DNA of 64,000 nt, from the IMG/VR virus record IMGVR_UViG_3300033067_000531, one strand, 5' to 3'. The translations under genes were made by a program, and so were the position numbers. The notes beneath the pieces were generated by a model. It searched no databases. It saw only the letters and a program-made list of their open reading frames with translations, and had not been told where the DNA came from. Below, one piece after another: positions 21,099 to 29,768 of this stretch. The stretch's first letter is position 1, and every line of letters starts with the position of its first letter. Source of the stretch: a virus (taxonomy: Duplodnaviria > Heunggongvirae > Uroviricota > Caudoviricetes).

Positions 21099-22660
21099 CA
21101 ATCACATATCAACAAGCAAAACGAATCAGAAAAACTGGTTTCTTGGACCTGATGGCCGACCAGTTGATGTATGAGAAAAAGGTTACCACAGCTATTGGTA
21201 AAACCATCTCATTAAAATCTCGTGGTACGATGATGGGCATTGGTCAATATTTTGACCCATTGAATATCGCTAGAATTATGACGTTTGGTAGTTCTATTGG
21301 TCCTGCTTTATTAGGTCACTTCACTGGTCGTTCGGCACAAGACATTCAATATTTCTCCAAACGTTACAAACCAATTCACGAAAAGAGAAAGACTGGTGAA
21401 AAACTTACCAGACTTGGTGGTTCTGGTGGTTTTGACGTTCAATCGAATCAAGTCTTAACTAAGATATACGCACTCATGGCCAACTCCTATGAAATGGAGA
21501 AAACACGTAAACAACTGGCTAAGAATCGTGAAGAAGAACATGAGTTAGAGGACCAAAAGAAACACAAAGAACTGTTACAAGCATTACAGACTAGACCTAC
21601 ATTAGTAAAAATGGGAGATGGTCAATCGGAAAAATCATGGACCGAAAAACTGTTGGAATTTATGAAAACGGTCGGCACTCTCTTTTCTGGTGTGCGAATG
21701 TTGATACAGAATGCTTTAGGTAAAGTCGTTGGTTGGATGCTCAAACGTTTGGGTTCTGTTGCCAAGATGATTGTTAGTCTAATGAGTAAGACTGGCGGTT
21801 TCTTGTTTAATATGATTCGTGCTATGGGTGCAGGTGTACTGTCTATTTTTAGAAGTCCTGTTTTCTTGCGCCTCATGGGTGTTGCAGGTGTTGCAGCAGC
21901 CATTTATGAATTTCATAATTCCTTGATGTTCAAGGAAGGACAAATGAATCGCATCAACTCAGAGTTGATTGATGAATATCGTATGTTGGATTACTTGAAA
22001 TCTAAACATGGAGAAGATTCTAATATTGTCAGTAAACAAGAAGATAATATTGCCAAGTTGGAAATTAAGAAGTCGGATTTACAGGCAGAAATTCACACAA
22101 TGAAAAAACCTGAAAATCAGGATGTTGGTAGTTTAATCGGACAGTTTGGTGCTTTCTTTGATTCCATCTCAAATCCTTTCAGTGATTTGTCATTAGATGA
22201 TAGTACATTATCTAAACTAGAACAGGTTCCGGATATCAACGTTTCCGAAGACCTATCAAGTGTTGATATTGGTTCTGGTGGAAATTGGGACAGTGCCTTT
22301 AAAGGTATATTCAACGAGAGGTTGGCCGGTTTCGATAGAACCGCAAGTGACAATGCTAAGATTGCCTCTGGTCAGGGTGTAGTTGGTGAATTACAACGTC
22401 TTCCTAAAGAACCTGTTGCTGCACAGAATGTAACTGCGCCATCCAGACCAGCAACCACCGTGGCGACACCTAGTATCGAAAATAGTGATACCAAGTTACA
22501 GAATAGAATGGTGACTTCTGTGCCAAAGGTACAAAACAACACCACTAATATCAAACAAGGTTCGGATGGAATACCTCTAAAAAGAAAGATACCATCCGTA
22601 AGAAATGCGGAAGAAAGTTACACTTCAGCATTGTTTCAGAATGTTAGAATGCCAAATTAA
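21095..22660 (+). CDS. Tail length tape-measure / baseplate hub protein, gp29-like (521 aa)
   Basis: Coiled-coil plus hydrophobic/Gly-rich segments typical of tape measures; last gene of the structural operon, followed by a strong terminator. Confidence 0.4.
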   Translation: MTITYQQAKRIRKTGFLDLMADQLMYEKKVTTAIGKTISLKSRGTMMGIGQYFDPLNIARIMTFGSSIGPALLGHFTGRSAQDIQYFSKRYKPIHEKRKTGEKLTRLGGSGGFDVQSNQVLTKIYALMANSYEMEKTRKQLAKNREEEHELEDQKKHKELLQALQTRPTLVKMGDGQSEKSWTEKLLEFMKTVGTLFSGVRMLIQNALGKVVGWMLKRLGSVAKMIVSLMSKTGGFLFNMIRAMGAGVLSIFRSPVFLRLMGVAGVAAAIYEFHNSLMFKEGQMNRINSELIDEYRMLDYLKSKHGEDSNIVSKQEDNIAKLEIKKSDLQAEIHTMKKPENQDVGSLIGQFGAFFDSISNPFSDLSLDDSTLSKLEQVPDINVSEDLSSVDIGSGGNWDSAFKGIFNERLAGFDRTASDNAKIASGQGVVGELQRLPKEPVAAQNVTAPSRPATTVATPSIENSDTKLQNRMVTSVPKVQNNTTNIKQGSDGIPLKRKIPSVRNAEESYTSALFQNVRMPN

Positions 22661-22691
22661 AAAACCCCGCTTTATGCGGGGTTCTTTTTTA
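22661..22691. terminator. Bidirectional rho-independent terminator between convergent genes
   Basis: AAAAACCCCGCTTTATGCGGGGTTCTTTTTT: GC stem CCCCGC/GCGGGG flanked by an A-run and a T-run. Confidence 0.75.
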
Positions 22692-23573
22692 GTCGTCTGC
22701 CAACTTTGAGAAGTAGGCCATGTCATCATCTTCATCAGCTGAAGGTTCAAACGGTGCATCCTCAGCAACTGGTTTTGCTTTTGGTGCAGATGCCTTTGCT
22801 TGTTCAACAGTAGTCTTAGGTACATCAGCTGCACCCAATACCTTGTCAAGGCGTTTCTTCAAATCATCGTAAGATTTGAATTCTTTATCAGAAACCAATT
22901 CTTGCAATGAGTGTTCAGACTTCCAAACCTTTTCTAGTTTGTCGTCATCCTCGAACAATGCCGAAGCAGATTCGAATTCAGACTTGTCGTAGTTTTGGTA
23001 ACCATCAACTTTACGGATACGCAACTTGAAGTTTGCACCTTCCCACAAATCGAATGGGTTGATTGGTGTTTCATCTTCGAAAGCTGGGTTCATTGCTTCG
23101 TTAATCTTGTCAAAGATTTTCTTACCGAACTTAAACAACTTAACTTGTCCTTCGTTTTCTGGATGTTTTGGATCCGAAACGATGTACACGTTTGCAATGT
23201 AGTTGAGTTTACGTTTTTGTTTACGCACAACTTCTTTGTTGGCTTCAACACCAGAGTTCCACAATTTGTTATTGTGTTCACATACTGGACATTGAGCATT
23301 CTTTGTGGTCAAACAGTTATCAATCAACCAGCCACCAGGACCCTGGAAACCGTGTGAGAAAACTTTAACCCAAGGAAGACCATCATCACCGTCAGCTGCT
23401 GGTGCAGGCAAGAAACGGATAGTAGCCATGCCGTTACCAGCCTTGTCTACTTCTGGTCGCCAGAATTTGTCATCGGATTTGCCACCTTCGGACGAAGCGT
23501 TGAGAGCTTCAATGGCTTTTGTGAGTTTGTCCAGATTGCCTGAACCACGTTTTAGTTTAGCGAAATCGCTCAT
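22689..23573 (-). CDS. 32: Single-stranded DNA-binding protein gp32
   Basis: 'IRFLP', 'GFQGPGGW', Zn ligands 'CPVCEH', 'KFGKKIFDKI', 'WEGANFKLR', acidic tail 'DEDDDMAYF' all match T4 gp32. Confidence 0.85.
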   Translation of the reverse strand: MSDFAKLKRGSGNLDKLTKAIEALNASSEGGKSDDKFWRPEVDKAGNGMATIRFLPAPAADGDDGLPWVKVFSHGFQGPGGWLIDNCLTTKNAQCPVCEHNNKLWNSGVEANKEVVRKQKRKLNYIANVYIVSDPKHPENEGQVKLFKFGKKIFDKINEAMNPAFEDETPINPFDLWEGANFKLRIRKVDGYQNYDKSEFESASALFEDDDKLEKVWKSEHSLQELVSDKEFKSYDDLKKRLDKVLGAADVPKTTVEQAKASAPKAKPVAEDAPFEPSADEDDDMAYFSKLADD

Positions 23574-23642
23574 AGTATTTTCCTTTATAAACGGAGTATT
23601 AACGGAGTGTTACGGATTATCCACATATTTCATTATATGGAT

Positions 23643-24137
23643 TTATTTAGGCGTCCTGAACAAGGTTTCTAGTTCAATAATGGTAGACTTTGCATCTTTG
23701 TGATGAATAGCAATACCACCCGCATTACGCCAATCTTCAATGACACTGTAAGTATCATCAATGATTACTGCATCAGGTTGAGCATACTTATACTTGTGTC
23801 GTTTGCCTGGAACAAAGATAGGATCAGGCCAATAAATGTCATGGTTACCCAACCATTCTTTCTTCTGTTCACTGATTGTATCATATACTTCTTCATAAGC
23901 GGTAGATGATAGAATCTGTTTTGGTTCATCCAAAATGGTCAGATATGCTCTGAGGATGAAAAAGTCTTTCATGGGTTCTAACGTAGCGAATTGCTTTGTC
24001 AGAATGAAATCGGAGAAGTTGGTACGGAACTTAGACCTACGCACTTGTTCTGGCACTTCACCATATAGTTCTACATAACGTTTCTCGAAGTCACATAGAA
24101 CACCGTCCATGTCAACATAAATCTTACTGATTTCCAT
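23643..24137 (-). CDS. HAD-family 5'(3')-deoxyribonucleotidase-like protein
   Basis: N-terminal 'IYVDMDGVLCDF' HAD motif I (DxDGVL); 164 aa. Confidence 0.55.
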   Translation of the reverse strand: MEISKIYVDMDGVLCDFEKRYVELYGEVPEQVRRSKFRTNFSDFILTKQFATLEPMKDFFILRAYLTILDEPKQILSSTAYEEVYDTISEQKKEWLGNHDIYWPDPIFVPGKRHKYKYAQPDAVIIDDTYSVIEDWRNAGGIAIHHKDAKSTIIELETLFRTPK

Positions 24138-24738
24138 AGTGTTCTTTCACAATAGCCTTTAATTTGGCCTTATCATAATTTACAAAAGGTGTATACTTTT
24201 CCAGTTTCAGTTTCCAATTTGGCCAGATAATATCGTCTTTGATTTTCTTTGACCACATTGGGAAGAAACCCATCAAATCATTCAGTATAACCACAGTCTC
24301 AATCATAATGTTACGTTGCATCATTTCCTCTAGTAACCTAGGGTAATGGTCGTCAACAACACTAATCATGTCCTTAGCGGCATACTTGTCGAATAGGTAA
24401 ATTATATCTTGTTCGAACTGGTATGTCAAGCGTTGAATTCTTGTTTGCCACTTGGTATAGTTCTGTTCACCTTCAAGACCAGATATATCACCGATCCACT
24501 TGATATCGGATTCTAGGAAGTTAGCAATATAAAACGAACGTAAATCATCTAAATTGTACTTCCTGGAGAGTTTATAGAATGAGTACTTTGCCTTATTTTT
24601 GGCAAAGCTATCCTTACTCACATTCGTCTTGCCGTTGTACTTAAAGTAATCGTAAGATGGTGATGTGAAATGTAATCTCAATGCATTATATAAAGCGAAG
24701 GCAGAAAATCCACTGCCTTCTTCAAGTTGAAAACTCAT
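24124..24738 (-). CDS. 59: Helicase loader gp59
   Basis: 'KYSFYKLSRKYNLDDLRSFYIANFLESDIKWIGDIS' matches T4 gp59 'KYFFQKLSEKYKLKELALIFISNLVANQDAWIGDIS'; adjacent to gp32 as in T4. Confidence 0.7.
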   Translation of the reverse strand: MSFQLEEGSGFSAFALYNALRLHFTSPSYDYFKYNGKTNVSKDSFAKNKAKYSFYKLSRKYNLDDLRSFYIANFLESDIKWIGDISGLEGEQNYTKWQTRIQRLTYQFEQDIIYLFDKYAAKDMISVVDDHYPRLLEEMMQRNIMIETVVILNDLMGFFPMWSKKIKDDIIWPNWKLKLEKYTPFVNYDKAKLKAIVKEHYGNQ

Positions 24739-24956
24739 ACTGGTAATCTAGCGGTCTTCTTTAATAGATTTGCTTCTTGTGCTTCTTCACGAAGTTTTGA
24801 TTTAAGTGCGGCCGAAATAAGTGTTGACGCTACATCAACTTCAAGGCCTGTTTGTTCACAGTGATGAATGATTGCTTCTAGTCGAGTCATGCTCTCTTTG
24901 GTTGCAATTTCATTAATCAAATCACTGAATTCACTAATTTCATTTTTTGTAGGCAT
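24735..24956 (-). CDS. Small acidic protein, possibly gp33-like late transcription co-activator
   Basis: 73 aa; position next to gp59 as in T4 (59-33-32 region); no motif confirmation. Confidence 0.3.
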   Translation of the reverse strand: MPTKNEISEFSDLINEIATKESMTRLEAIIHHCEQTGLEVDVASTLISAALKSKLREEAQEANLLKKTARLPV

Positions 24957-25432
24957 TAACGTGTATAAAATAGATGGTTACCGATACGTGCAACATACTT
25001 CAAGTTCCAACCAGGATTAACCTTGTTGTTGTGATAGTACATTGATTTTGTTTTGTGAATTGTATCATGTAGTTTGTGTTCTGTCAAGGCCTTCCTTGCC
25101 ACAATCATACATTCTTCCCATGCATATTTGTTGTTGACGGCTTTAACCTTTTCACCAACCCATGAGAATTGATATGTGTTACCAGTCTTTTGGTATACCA
25201 CTTCACACACAGTCTTTGGATACAATGGACTTTGTGTTCTATTCATTGTTACTTGCGCTACGGCCAGTTTTCCCTCAAATGGTTCTGAGGCTGCTTCGTA
25301 GTAAATGTTTCTTGCCATACATTCAATCTGTTGACTTAGATTGATTGAAACATGTTGTTTTTCAGTCAATGGCTCTTGGTGAGAAATCACCGGAAACAAT
25401 GCGAATAGTGTAATTAGGATGAATTTCTTCAT
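24956..25432 (-). CDS. Secreted cell-wall hydrolase, SleB/CwlJ (Hydrolase_2) family
   Basis: Signal peptide MKKFILITLFALFPVIS; 'ARNIYYEAASEPFEGKLAVAQVTMNR' is the Hydrolase_2 signature. Confidence 0.65.
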   Translation of the reverse strand: MKKFILITLFALFPVISHQEPLTEKQHVSINLSQQIECMARNIYYEAASEPFEGKLAVAQVTMNRTQSPLYPKTVCEVVYQKTGNTYQFSWVGEKVKAVNNKYAWEECMIVARKALTEHKLHDTIHKTKSMYYHNNKVNPGWNLKYVARIGNHLFYTR

Positions 25433-25444
25433 TACTTCTCCTTT

Positions 25445-25619
25445 AAATTGTGTTTGGTGCTTCTGTTACGAGGTGCACCAAACGAAACCCTAGTCAGCGC
25501 TTAGGCTGCCAATGCGTAACTTTCGTCATTTGCATTTATTTTGATTTGCTTGATTTACGGTCATCGCCTACCGTGTTGCCGTCTCCACTATCTACCCCTG
25601 TCGAAACCATGGCATCCCC
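25445..25619 (-). ncRNA. ssrA: Two-piece tmRNA (ssrA), coding piece: 5' acceptor strand GGGGAUG, D-like UUUCGACAGGGG, tag frame, 3' hairpin
   Basis: Minus-strand GGGGATGCCATGGTTTCGACAGGGG resembles the canonical tmRNA 5' end GGGGCUGAUUCUGGAUUCGACGGG. About 85 nt downstream is GCA AAT GAC GAA AGT TAC GCA TTG GCA GCC TAA = ANDESYALAA. It ends in a GTTTGGTGC...GCACCAAAC hairpin. Confidence 0.7.
25501..25533 (-). other. tmRNA tag reading frame (resume codon GCA to TAA): ANDESYALAA
   Basis: Direct translation; matches proteobacterial tag consensus (E. coli ANDENYALAA). Confidence 0.7.
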
Positions 25620-25707
25620 ATCAAAAACATACTAAGGTGAAATGAACTTACTAAGTAGAGGTTCCGGCTTACCAATCCCGAACTTTTTACAGTTTTAAGT
25701 ATGTTTT

Positions 25708-25790
25708 TGGTGGAGATGGGGGGAGTCGAACCCCCGTCCAGAAGTCCTTCGCTTTGAAGGGATTACAACAATTTCTTTAATTATACAACA
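25708..25790 (-). ncRNA. ssrA: Two-piece tmRNA (ssrA), acceptor piece: T-arm GGGGG-UUCGACU-CCCCC, 3' acceptor strand CAUCUCC, discriminator A, encoded CCA
   Basis: Minus strand ...GGACGGGGGTTCGACTCCCCCCATCTCCACCA. The 3' strand pairs with GGGGAUG of the coding piece, giving G3:U70. There is no D-arm, no anticodon arm and no 5' acceptor strand upstream, so this is not a tRNA. It lies upstream of the coding piece, as in permuted ssrA genes. Confidence 0.7.
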
Positions 25791-25794
25791 AAAC

Positions 25795-26475
25795 CTATCG
25801 CTTGGCAATAGAATCGTGGTAAAATTTTATATAGTCGAATAAAGTATTTATGTGGTCTTCGGTTTTCTCGACAAATAACAAGGGTTCCTCATCATCCACC
25901 GCCATGATAATGACAATCTGTTCGATAGGTTGGCCAACCAGTTCCTCATACATCATCGCATATGCAACACACTGAGCAAAGTAATTGTCAATGTCCTCAC
26001 GTTTCTTGATACGTTTGGAAGTCTTAAAGTCAATTACAGATAACTTACCATCAAACTCACCAATACAATCAACACGACCCGCCATACCAATCTTAACTGA
26101 CCACAAGGCCTGTTCTTGGAAATGTATGTTGTTAATACGATTCAATAAAGGTTTGATAGACTTAAACATCTGTAATGCATCCGGCATAACCTTCATCAGG
26201 TACTTTGGATCATTATTCAGATATTTTTCACATAAGGTGTGTAGGTTGGTACCACGACCAGAGGCAATACGTGATATCTTGTTGGCTTCTTCTTCACCTA
26301 CACGTTTACGCCATTTCATAATGGCCTCTTTACCTTTCGCACCAATAACAGTGGTGACCGAAGGCAACTTAACGCCGTCTGGTGTTACATAGTATCGTTT
26401 GCCATCAGGAAACGTTTGCGATTTTAAATCTTTCAAATCACACGGCGGACAATAATTAAAAATCATATTATTCAA
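25795..26475 (-). CDS. PD-(D/E)xK nuclease (Cas4/YqaJ-like putative exonuclease)
   Basis: 'GRVDCIGEFDGKLSVIDFKTSK' (D...D/ExK) and 'YFAQCVAYAMMYEE' (QxxxY) motifs. Confidence 0.6.
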   Translation of the reverse strand: MNNMIFNYCPPCDLKDLKSQTFPDGKRYYVTPDGVKLPSVTTVIGAKGKEAIMKWRKRVGEEEANKISRIASGRGTNLHTLCEKYLNNDPKYLMKVMPDALQMFKSIKPLLNRINNIHFQEQALWSVKIGMAGRVDCIGEFDGKLSVIDFKTSKRIKKREDIDNYFAQCVAYAMMYEELVGQPIEQIVIIMAVDDEEPLLFVEKTEDHINTLFDYIKFYHDSIAKR

Positions 26476-27103
26476 AAGTTAGGTGAAAAACAAAACACAA
26501 TCTAGTTTCTTTAGAGTTGTGTTCTCCTACAGCATGCCACAATTCTGGTGTATGTATGACCAAATCACCACTTCTAGGTTTAACATAGAACTTATCTTCT
26601 TCCAGAAACGAACTATGTTTTAATCCTGTTTGACCATTGCGTATGAAGATTAAATCGGATCCATTTTCTGGATTATTCACATAGAAAATGGCATTCAAGT
26701 CTGTGTGACCGTTATAATCTTTGGTTTTGTCGTACTGAAAACCAACATGATTATGACACAAACCCTGAGATTTGTCAAACATTTGATTCATCCAGGATTT
26801 CTTGACATTTACCCTCGTCACATCCTCACCAAACATTTCCTTGTATGCCAATAACGATTGGTTCGTTATCCACTGCATCAGTGGTTGTGCATCAGGTATG
26901 TTTGCTGGTCCTAGTAAAGGATTGTTTTCGGTGGTTTCACCTTGACCGTATTGTGAATCCCAATCACCACCACGTGTGCGGTTCAATACTTCAGGTAATG
27001 AGAAGATTCTTTCGGTTGTTTTTCGCAGTTGTTTATTTTTGTATAGTGTTTCATCATTACACTTGGTAACAAAAATTTTACCGTTAAACACTTCCAGTAT
27101 CAT
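26468..27103 (-). CDS. 2OG-Fe(II) oxygenase superfamily protein
   Basis: 211 aa; HxD...H-type jelly-roll signature region 'GDLVIHTPELWHAVGE'; overlapping junctions with neighbours. Confidence 0.5.
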   Translation of the reverse strand: MILEVFNGKIFVTKCNDETLYKNKQLRKTTERIFSLPEVLNRTRGGDWDSQYGQGETTENNPLLGPANIPDAQPLMQWITNQSLLAYKEMFGEDVTRVNVKKSWMNQMFDKSQGLCHNHVGFQYDKTKDYNGHTDLNAIFYVNNPENGSDLIFIRNGQTGLKHSSFLEEDKFYVKPRSGDLVIHTPELWHAVGEHNSKETRLCFVFHLTFE

Positions 27104-27707
27104 TTCTCACTCGTATATTCATAACAATACAAATACGATTCTCATCACTCAAATTTGGTTCCGTTGAATGTATGACGTAGTTTGGAAACAAGATTAACAT
27201 TCCAGGTTTAGGTTTAATCTCATAGAATGTTCTACCTGGTCGACCCCATTTATCCGCAGCAAGGTGTTTATCGTGCCATGGAATATCCACATGACCACGC
27301 GGATCACATAACATGATACTACCACTATTCTCCGGAATAGTAACATAGAACACACCAACCAATTCAGCACCAAAGTGTGTATGTGGTGTGTCCCACTCAT
27401 TAGGATACAATACAGATTGTTTTGTTTTGATTGTTGGAGTAAATTCTGGCCAGCCAGAGTCCTTTTTCACAACTTCAACAGCCTCAAGAATCTTCTCTTT
27501 GAGTTTACTGATTCCATAACCATTAAAATCTAAAAAGTCATGTTGATAAATGTCAAACTTATCACCATCAATCTGTTTTTGTTTATCTATAAATCTACTG
27601 AAATTAGAACCATCCATTTCAATAGACTTAACGAGATACTTGTCATCTTCACTCAAGTCGAATGTCCACACAGGAGTGGCAAACATCTGTTTTAAATCAT
27701 ATTTCAT
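27084..27707 (-). CDS. 2OG-Fe(II) oxygenase superfamily protein (second, divergent copy)
   Basis: 207 aa; 'PHTHFGAELVGVFYV...GHVDIPWHDKH...YVIHSTEPN' His/Asp-His triad pattern. Confidence 0.5.
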   Translation of the reverse strand: MKYDLKQMFATPVWTFDLSEDDKYLVKSIEMDGSNFSRFIDKQKQIDGDKFDIYQHDFLDFNGYGISKLKEKILEAVEVVKKDSGWPEFTPTIKTKQSVLYPNEWDTPHTHFGAELVGVFYVTIPENSGSIMLCDPRGHVDIPWHDKHLAADKWGRPGRTFYEIKPKPGMLILFPNYVIHSTEPNLSDENRICIVMNIRVRNDTGSV

Positions 27708-28315
27708 CGTATAATGTTTATGGCAGTTTCAACGTCTTTTAAGATTCTATCGTGTTGTGTGATATCCTCACACTCTTGCATAGTTACAAGGTGACTGTAA
27801 TCAATATCAATAATTTCATCACTGTCTTGTACTTGTTTTGATACACCAACAATGTCAATATTGATACTCAACATACCTTCGTTTTGGATAGACCTAAAGA
27901 TATTAGCATGAACCACTCGTTCGAGTTTATTCAAACGTCTTACCAAGACTTGACCAATTGGACTAAACTTAACAGGTTTCAAAGAGAAACCCATAAGTGG
28001 TAAACTGTCCATCTTATGTGGACAGATAAAAAATACAGGTACTCTTTGATGCAAGGTTGTATCAGCCAACTTAGAAATTTCTTCCGCTGGTGGCAAACTA
28101 CCCTTCGAATAGACTTCAAAAGGAACTATCGCAGTGGTTGTTACCGATTCACCTTTTGAATTGCGTACGGTAATATACATCAATGATGGTTCGGTGACCA
28201 GATTATACTCTGTCAAGTGTTGTAACATCCATTCTTCTGGACGTAGAACCCTGATGTTGAGAATATCGGTTCTTTCTTTTGCTTTAGATAAGAATTGTTT
28301 TAGTTCTGGATTCAT
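27704..28315 (-). CDS. Hypothetical protein (203 aa) in rSAM/oxygenase operon
   Basis: ORF track; 4-nt overlaps at both ends (translational coupling). Confidence 0.5.
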   Translation of the reverse strand: MNPELKQFLSKAKERTDILNIRVLRPEEWMLQHLTEYNLVTEPSLMYITVRNSKGESVTTTAIVPFEVYSKGSLPPAEEISKLADTTLHQRVPVFFICPHKMDSLPLMGFSLKPVKFSPIGQVLVRRLNKLERVVHANIFRSIQNEGMLSINIDIVGVSKQVQDSDEIIDIDYSHLVTMQECEDITQHDRILKDVETAINIIR

Positions 28316-29760
28316 TTTTGTTCTACTCTAGATTGCCCATAAACATCTACATCATCAATCTTACCTACAATTTCAGTCACAACCTTTATGGGGATGATTT
28401 TAGTTTTCTGTTTTTCTTTGTGTTCGTAAGTTGTACCCCAAATGTCAACTCGGTCAAGTGGCAAATCACCACCCTGAATCAACATAGGAATATAACCTGT
28501 CATCTTTTCCATACTCAAAGCAAACAATGATACATTATCTGAATATGCTGTGTCACAAGTCTTTTCCCAATATTCACCTTCGAGGTACATACAAGAACCC
28601 TTACATAGGTGTAATACCGGACAAGTAGAACATTCCTTTCTGTTCTTCCAGTGTGTCACAGATTTGATTGCAACATTATCATAGTCGTCTAGATTACCAC
28701 CCAAATGAGATTCACCGTTCTTGGAGTTCTCTTTGACTGACACGTTTTGACAAGTGATAACGTTACCTTTAAGGTCAATAGCAATCACATTCTCCATGTC
28801 CATACCACACTTCTGTCCAAGATATTTGGACTCATTATGTGATAAGACACTATCTGTAAAACTATTAATCTTATTCAAGATAGCATCAAAATTAATTTGG
28901 CCATCAGTTGAACGAATGTCATTGAACGCTGTTTTTCTATATTCAAAATGTTCTTGGTATGTACCTAAAGAATTATTGATACCATCAGCATCATATGCAT
29001 CAACCATCGTACCTTCACCGATGGAAACAGTTTCATCACCAGTAAATTCTTTGAACCACTCATACACATCTTTACGACTTGTATTTTGTCTGTTCATCAT
29101 TACATTGAAACTGATTCGACCTTGTGGGTGCATAGAGTTATAGAACTCCATCAGAATCTTCTTTTTGGATTCGTCAACAAAAGGATCAGGACCACGGACA
29201 TGTTGATTAGGACCATCATGTGAGATACCAACAGAAAAACCCATGTAGTACAACCATGCACAGATATCTTTGGTCAACAACGAACCATTGGTCACCATAC
29301 TAAATTGTGGTTTGTTCTTCCAATGGTCGAACTTTTCCACGATGGCTTCTGTCAAAGGCTTCAGAGTCTTCCAATAGACAAGAGGTTCACCACCCCAGAA
29401 TTCAATCTTCAAACCTTTTTGTTCATCAAAGTTTAATACATCCAGTTTTTGTAGGAATGATTCGATATCTTTCTTACTTGTTTCTGGTGGACGTTCGACA
29501 AATTTCTGTGAACAATAATCACAAGAATAGTTGCAAGATAGACCAAGTTGAATCTTTAGAATTTGAATATCTTTAGACTTCTTTAGTGGATGATTTTTAT
29601 CGAAGGCACGGGTTGGTTCTCCTGAATCAACATAACGTTGTTCAACAGGACTCTCAAAGATATAGCCTTCTTCATCACTCAAAACATTCGACTCATTATC
29701 GTAGTAAAATGTCTTAGAGTCTCCATCAATCATTCTCAAAGCATTAATAGTAAATTTCAT
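28312..29760 (-). CDS. Radical SAM enzyme with C-terminal SPASM/twitch auxiliary-cluster domain
   Basis: 'CNYSCDYC' CxxxCxxC rSAM motif; C-terminal 'CSTCPVLHLCKGSC' plus upstream Cys ('GQKCGMD', 'ITCQN') typical of SPASM maturases. Confidence 0.7.
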   Translation of the reverse strand: MKFTINALRMIDGDSKTFYYDNESNVLSDEEGYIFESPVEQRYVDSGEPTRAFDKNHPLKKSKDIQILKIQLGLSCNYSCDYCSQKFVERPPETSKKDIESFLQKLDVLNFDEQKGLKIEFWGGEPLVYWKTLKPLTEAIVEKFDHWKNKPQFSMVTNGSLLTKDICAWLYYMGFSVGISHDGPNQHVRGPDPFVDESKKKILMEFYNSMHPQGRISFNVMMNRQNTSRKDVYEWFKEFTGDETVSIGEGTMVDAYDADGINNSLGTYQEHFEYRKTAFNDIRSTDGQINFDAILNKINSFTDSVLSHNESKYLGQKCGMDMENVIAIDLKGNVITCQNVSVKENSKNGESHLGGNLDDYDNVAIKSVTHWKNRKECSTCPVLHLCKGSCMYLEGEYWEKTCDTAYSDNVSLFALSMEKMTGYIPMLIQGGDLPLDRVDIWGTTYEHKEKQKTKIIPIKVVTEIVGKIDDVDVYGQSRVEQK

Positions 29761-29768
29761 AATAACCC

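Noticed and set aside
25450-25635. 61-aa plus-strand ORF between the SleB hydrolase and the nuclease
   Set aside because: It overlaps the minus-strand tmRNA coding piece. A region explained by conserved tmRNA elements (5' acceptor, D-like, tag frame) is non-coding for protein.
25700-25760. tRNA 3'-fragment as an integrase attP core (integrative element signature)
   Set aside because: No integrase or recombinase is nearby, and the phage is T4-like and lytic. The fragment pairs precisely with a downstream tmRNA 5' end, which explains it better.
25708-25790. Canonical tRNA gene (T-arm plus acceptor plus CCA visible)
   Set aside because: Working back from the 3' end there is no anticodon stem of tRNA geometry (the only hairpin has a 5-nt loop), no D-arm and no 5' acceptor strand. 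The element is instead the acceptor piece of a two-piece tmRNA.
25708-26100. Standard one-piece tmRNA extending upstream from the CCA end
   Set aside because: It would have to run through the well-supported PD-(D/E)xK nuclease CDS (25795-26475). The tmRNA 5' end and tag frame are found downstream of the CCA piece, which fits a permuted gene.
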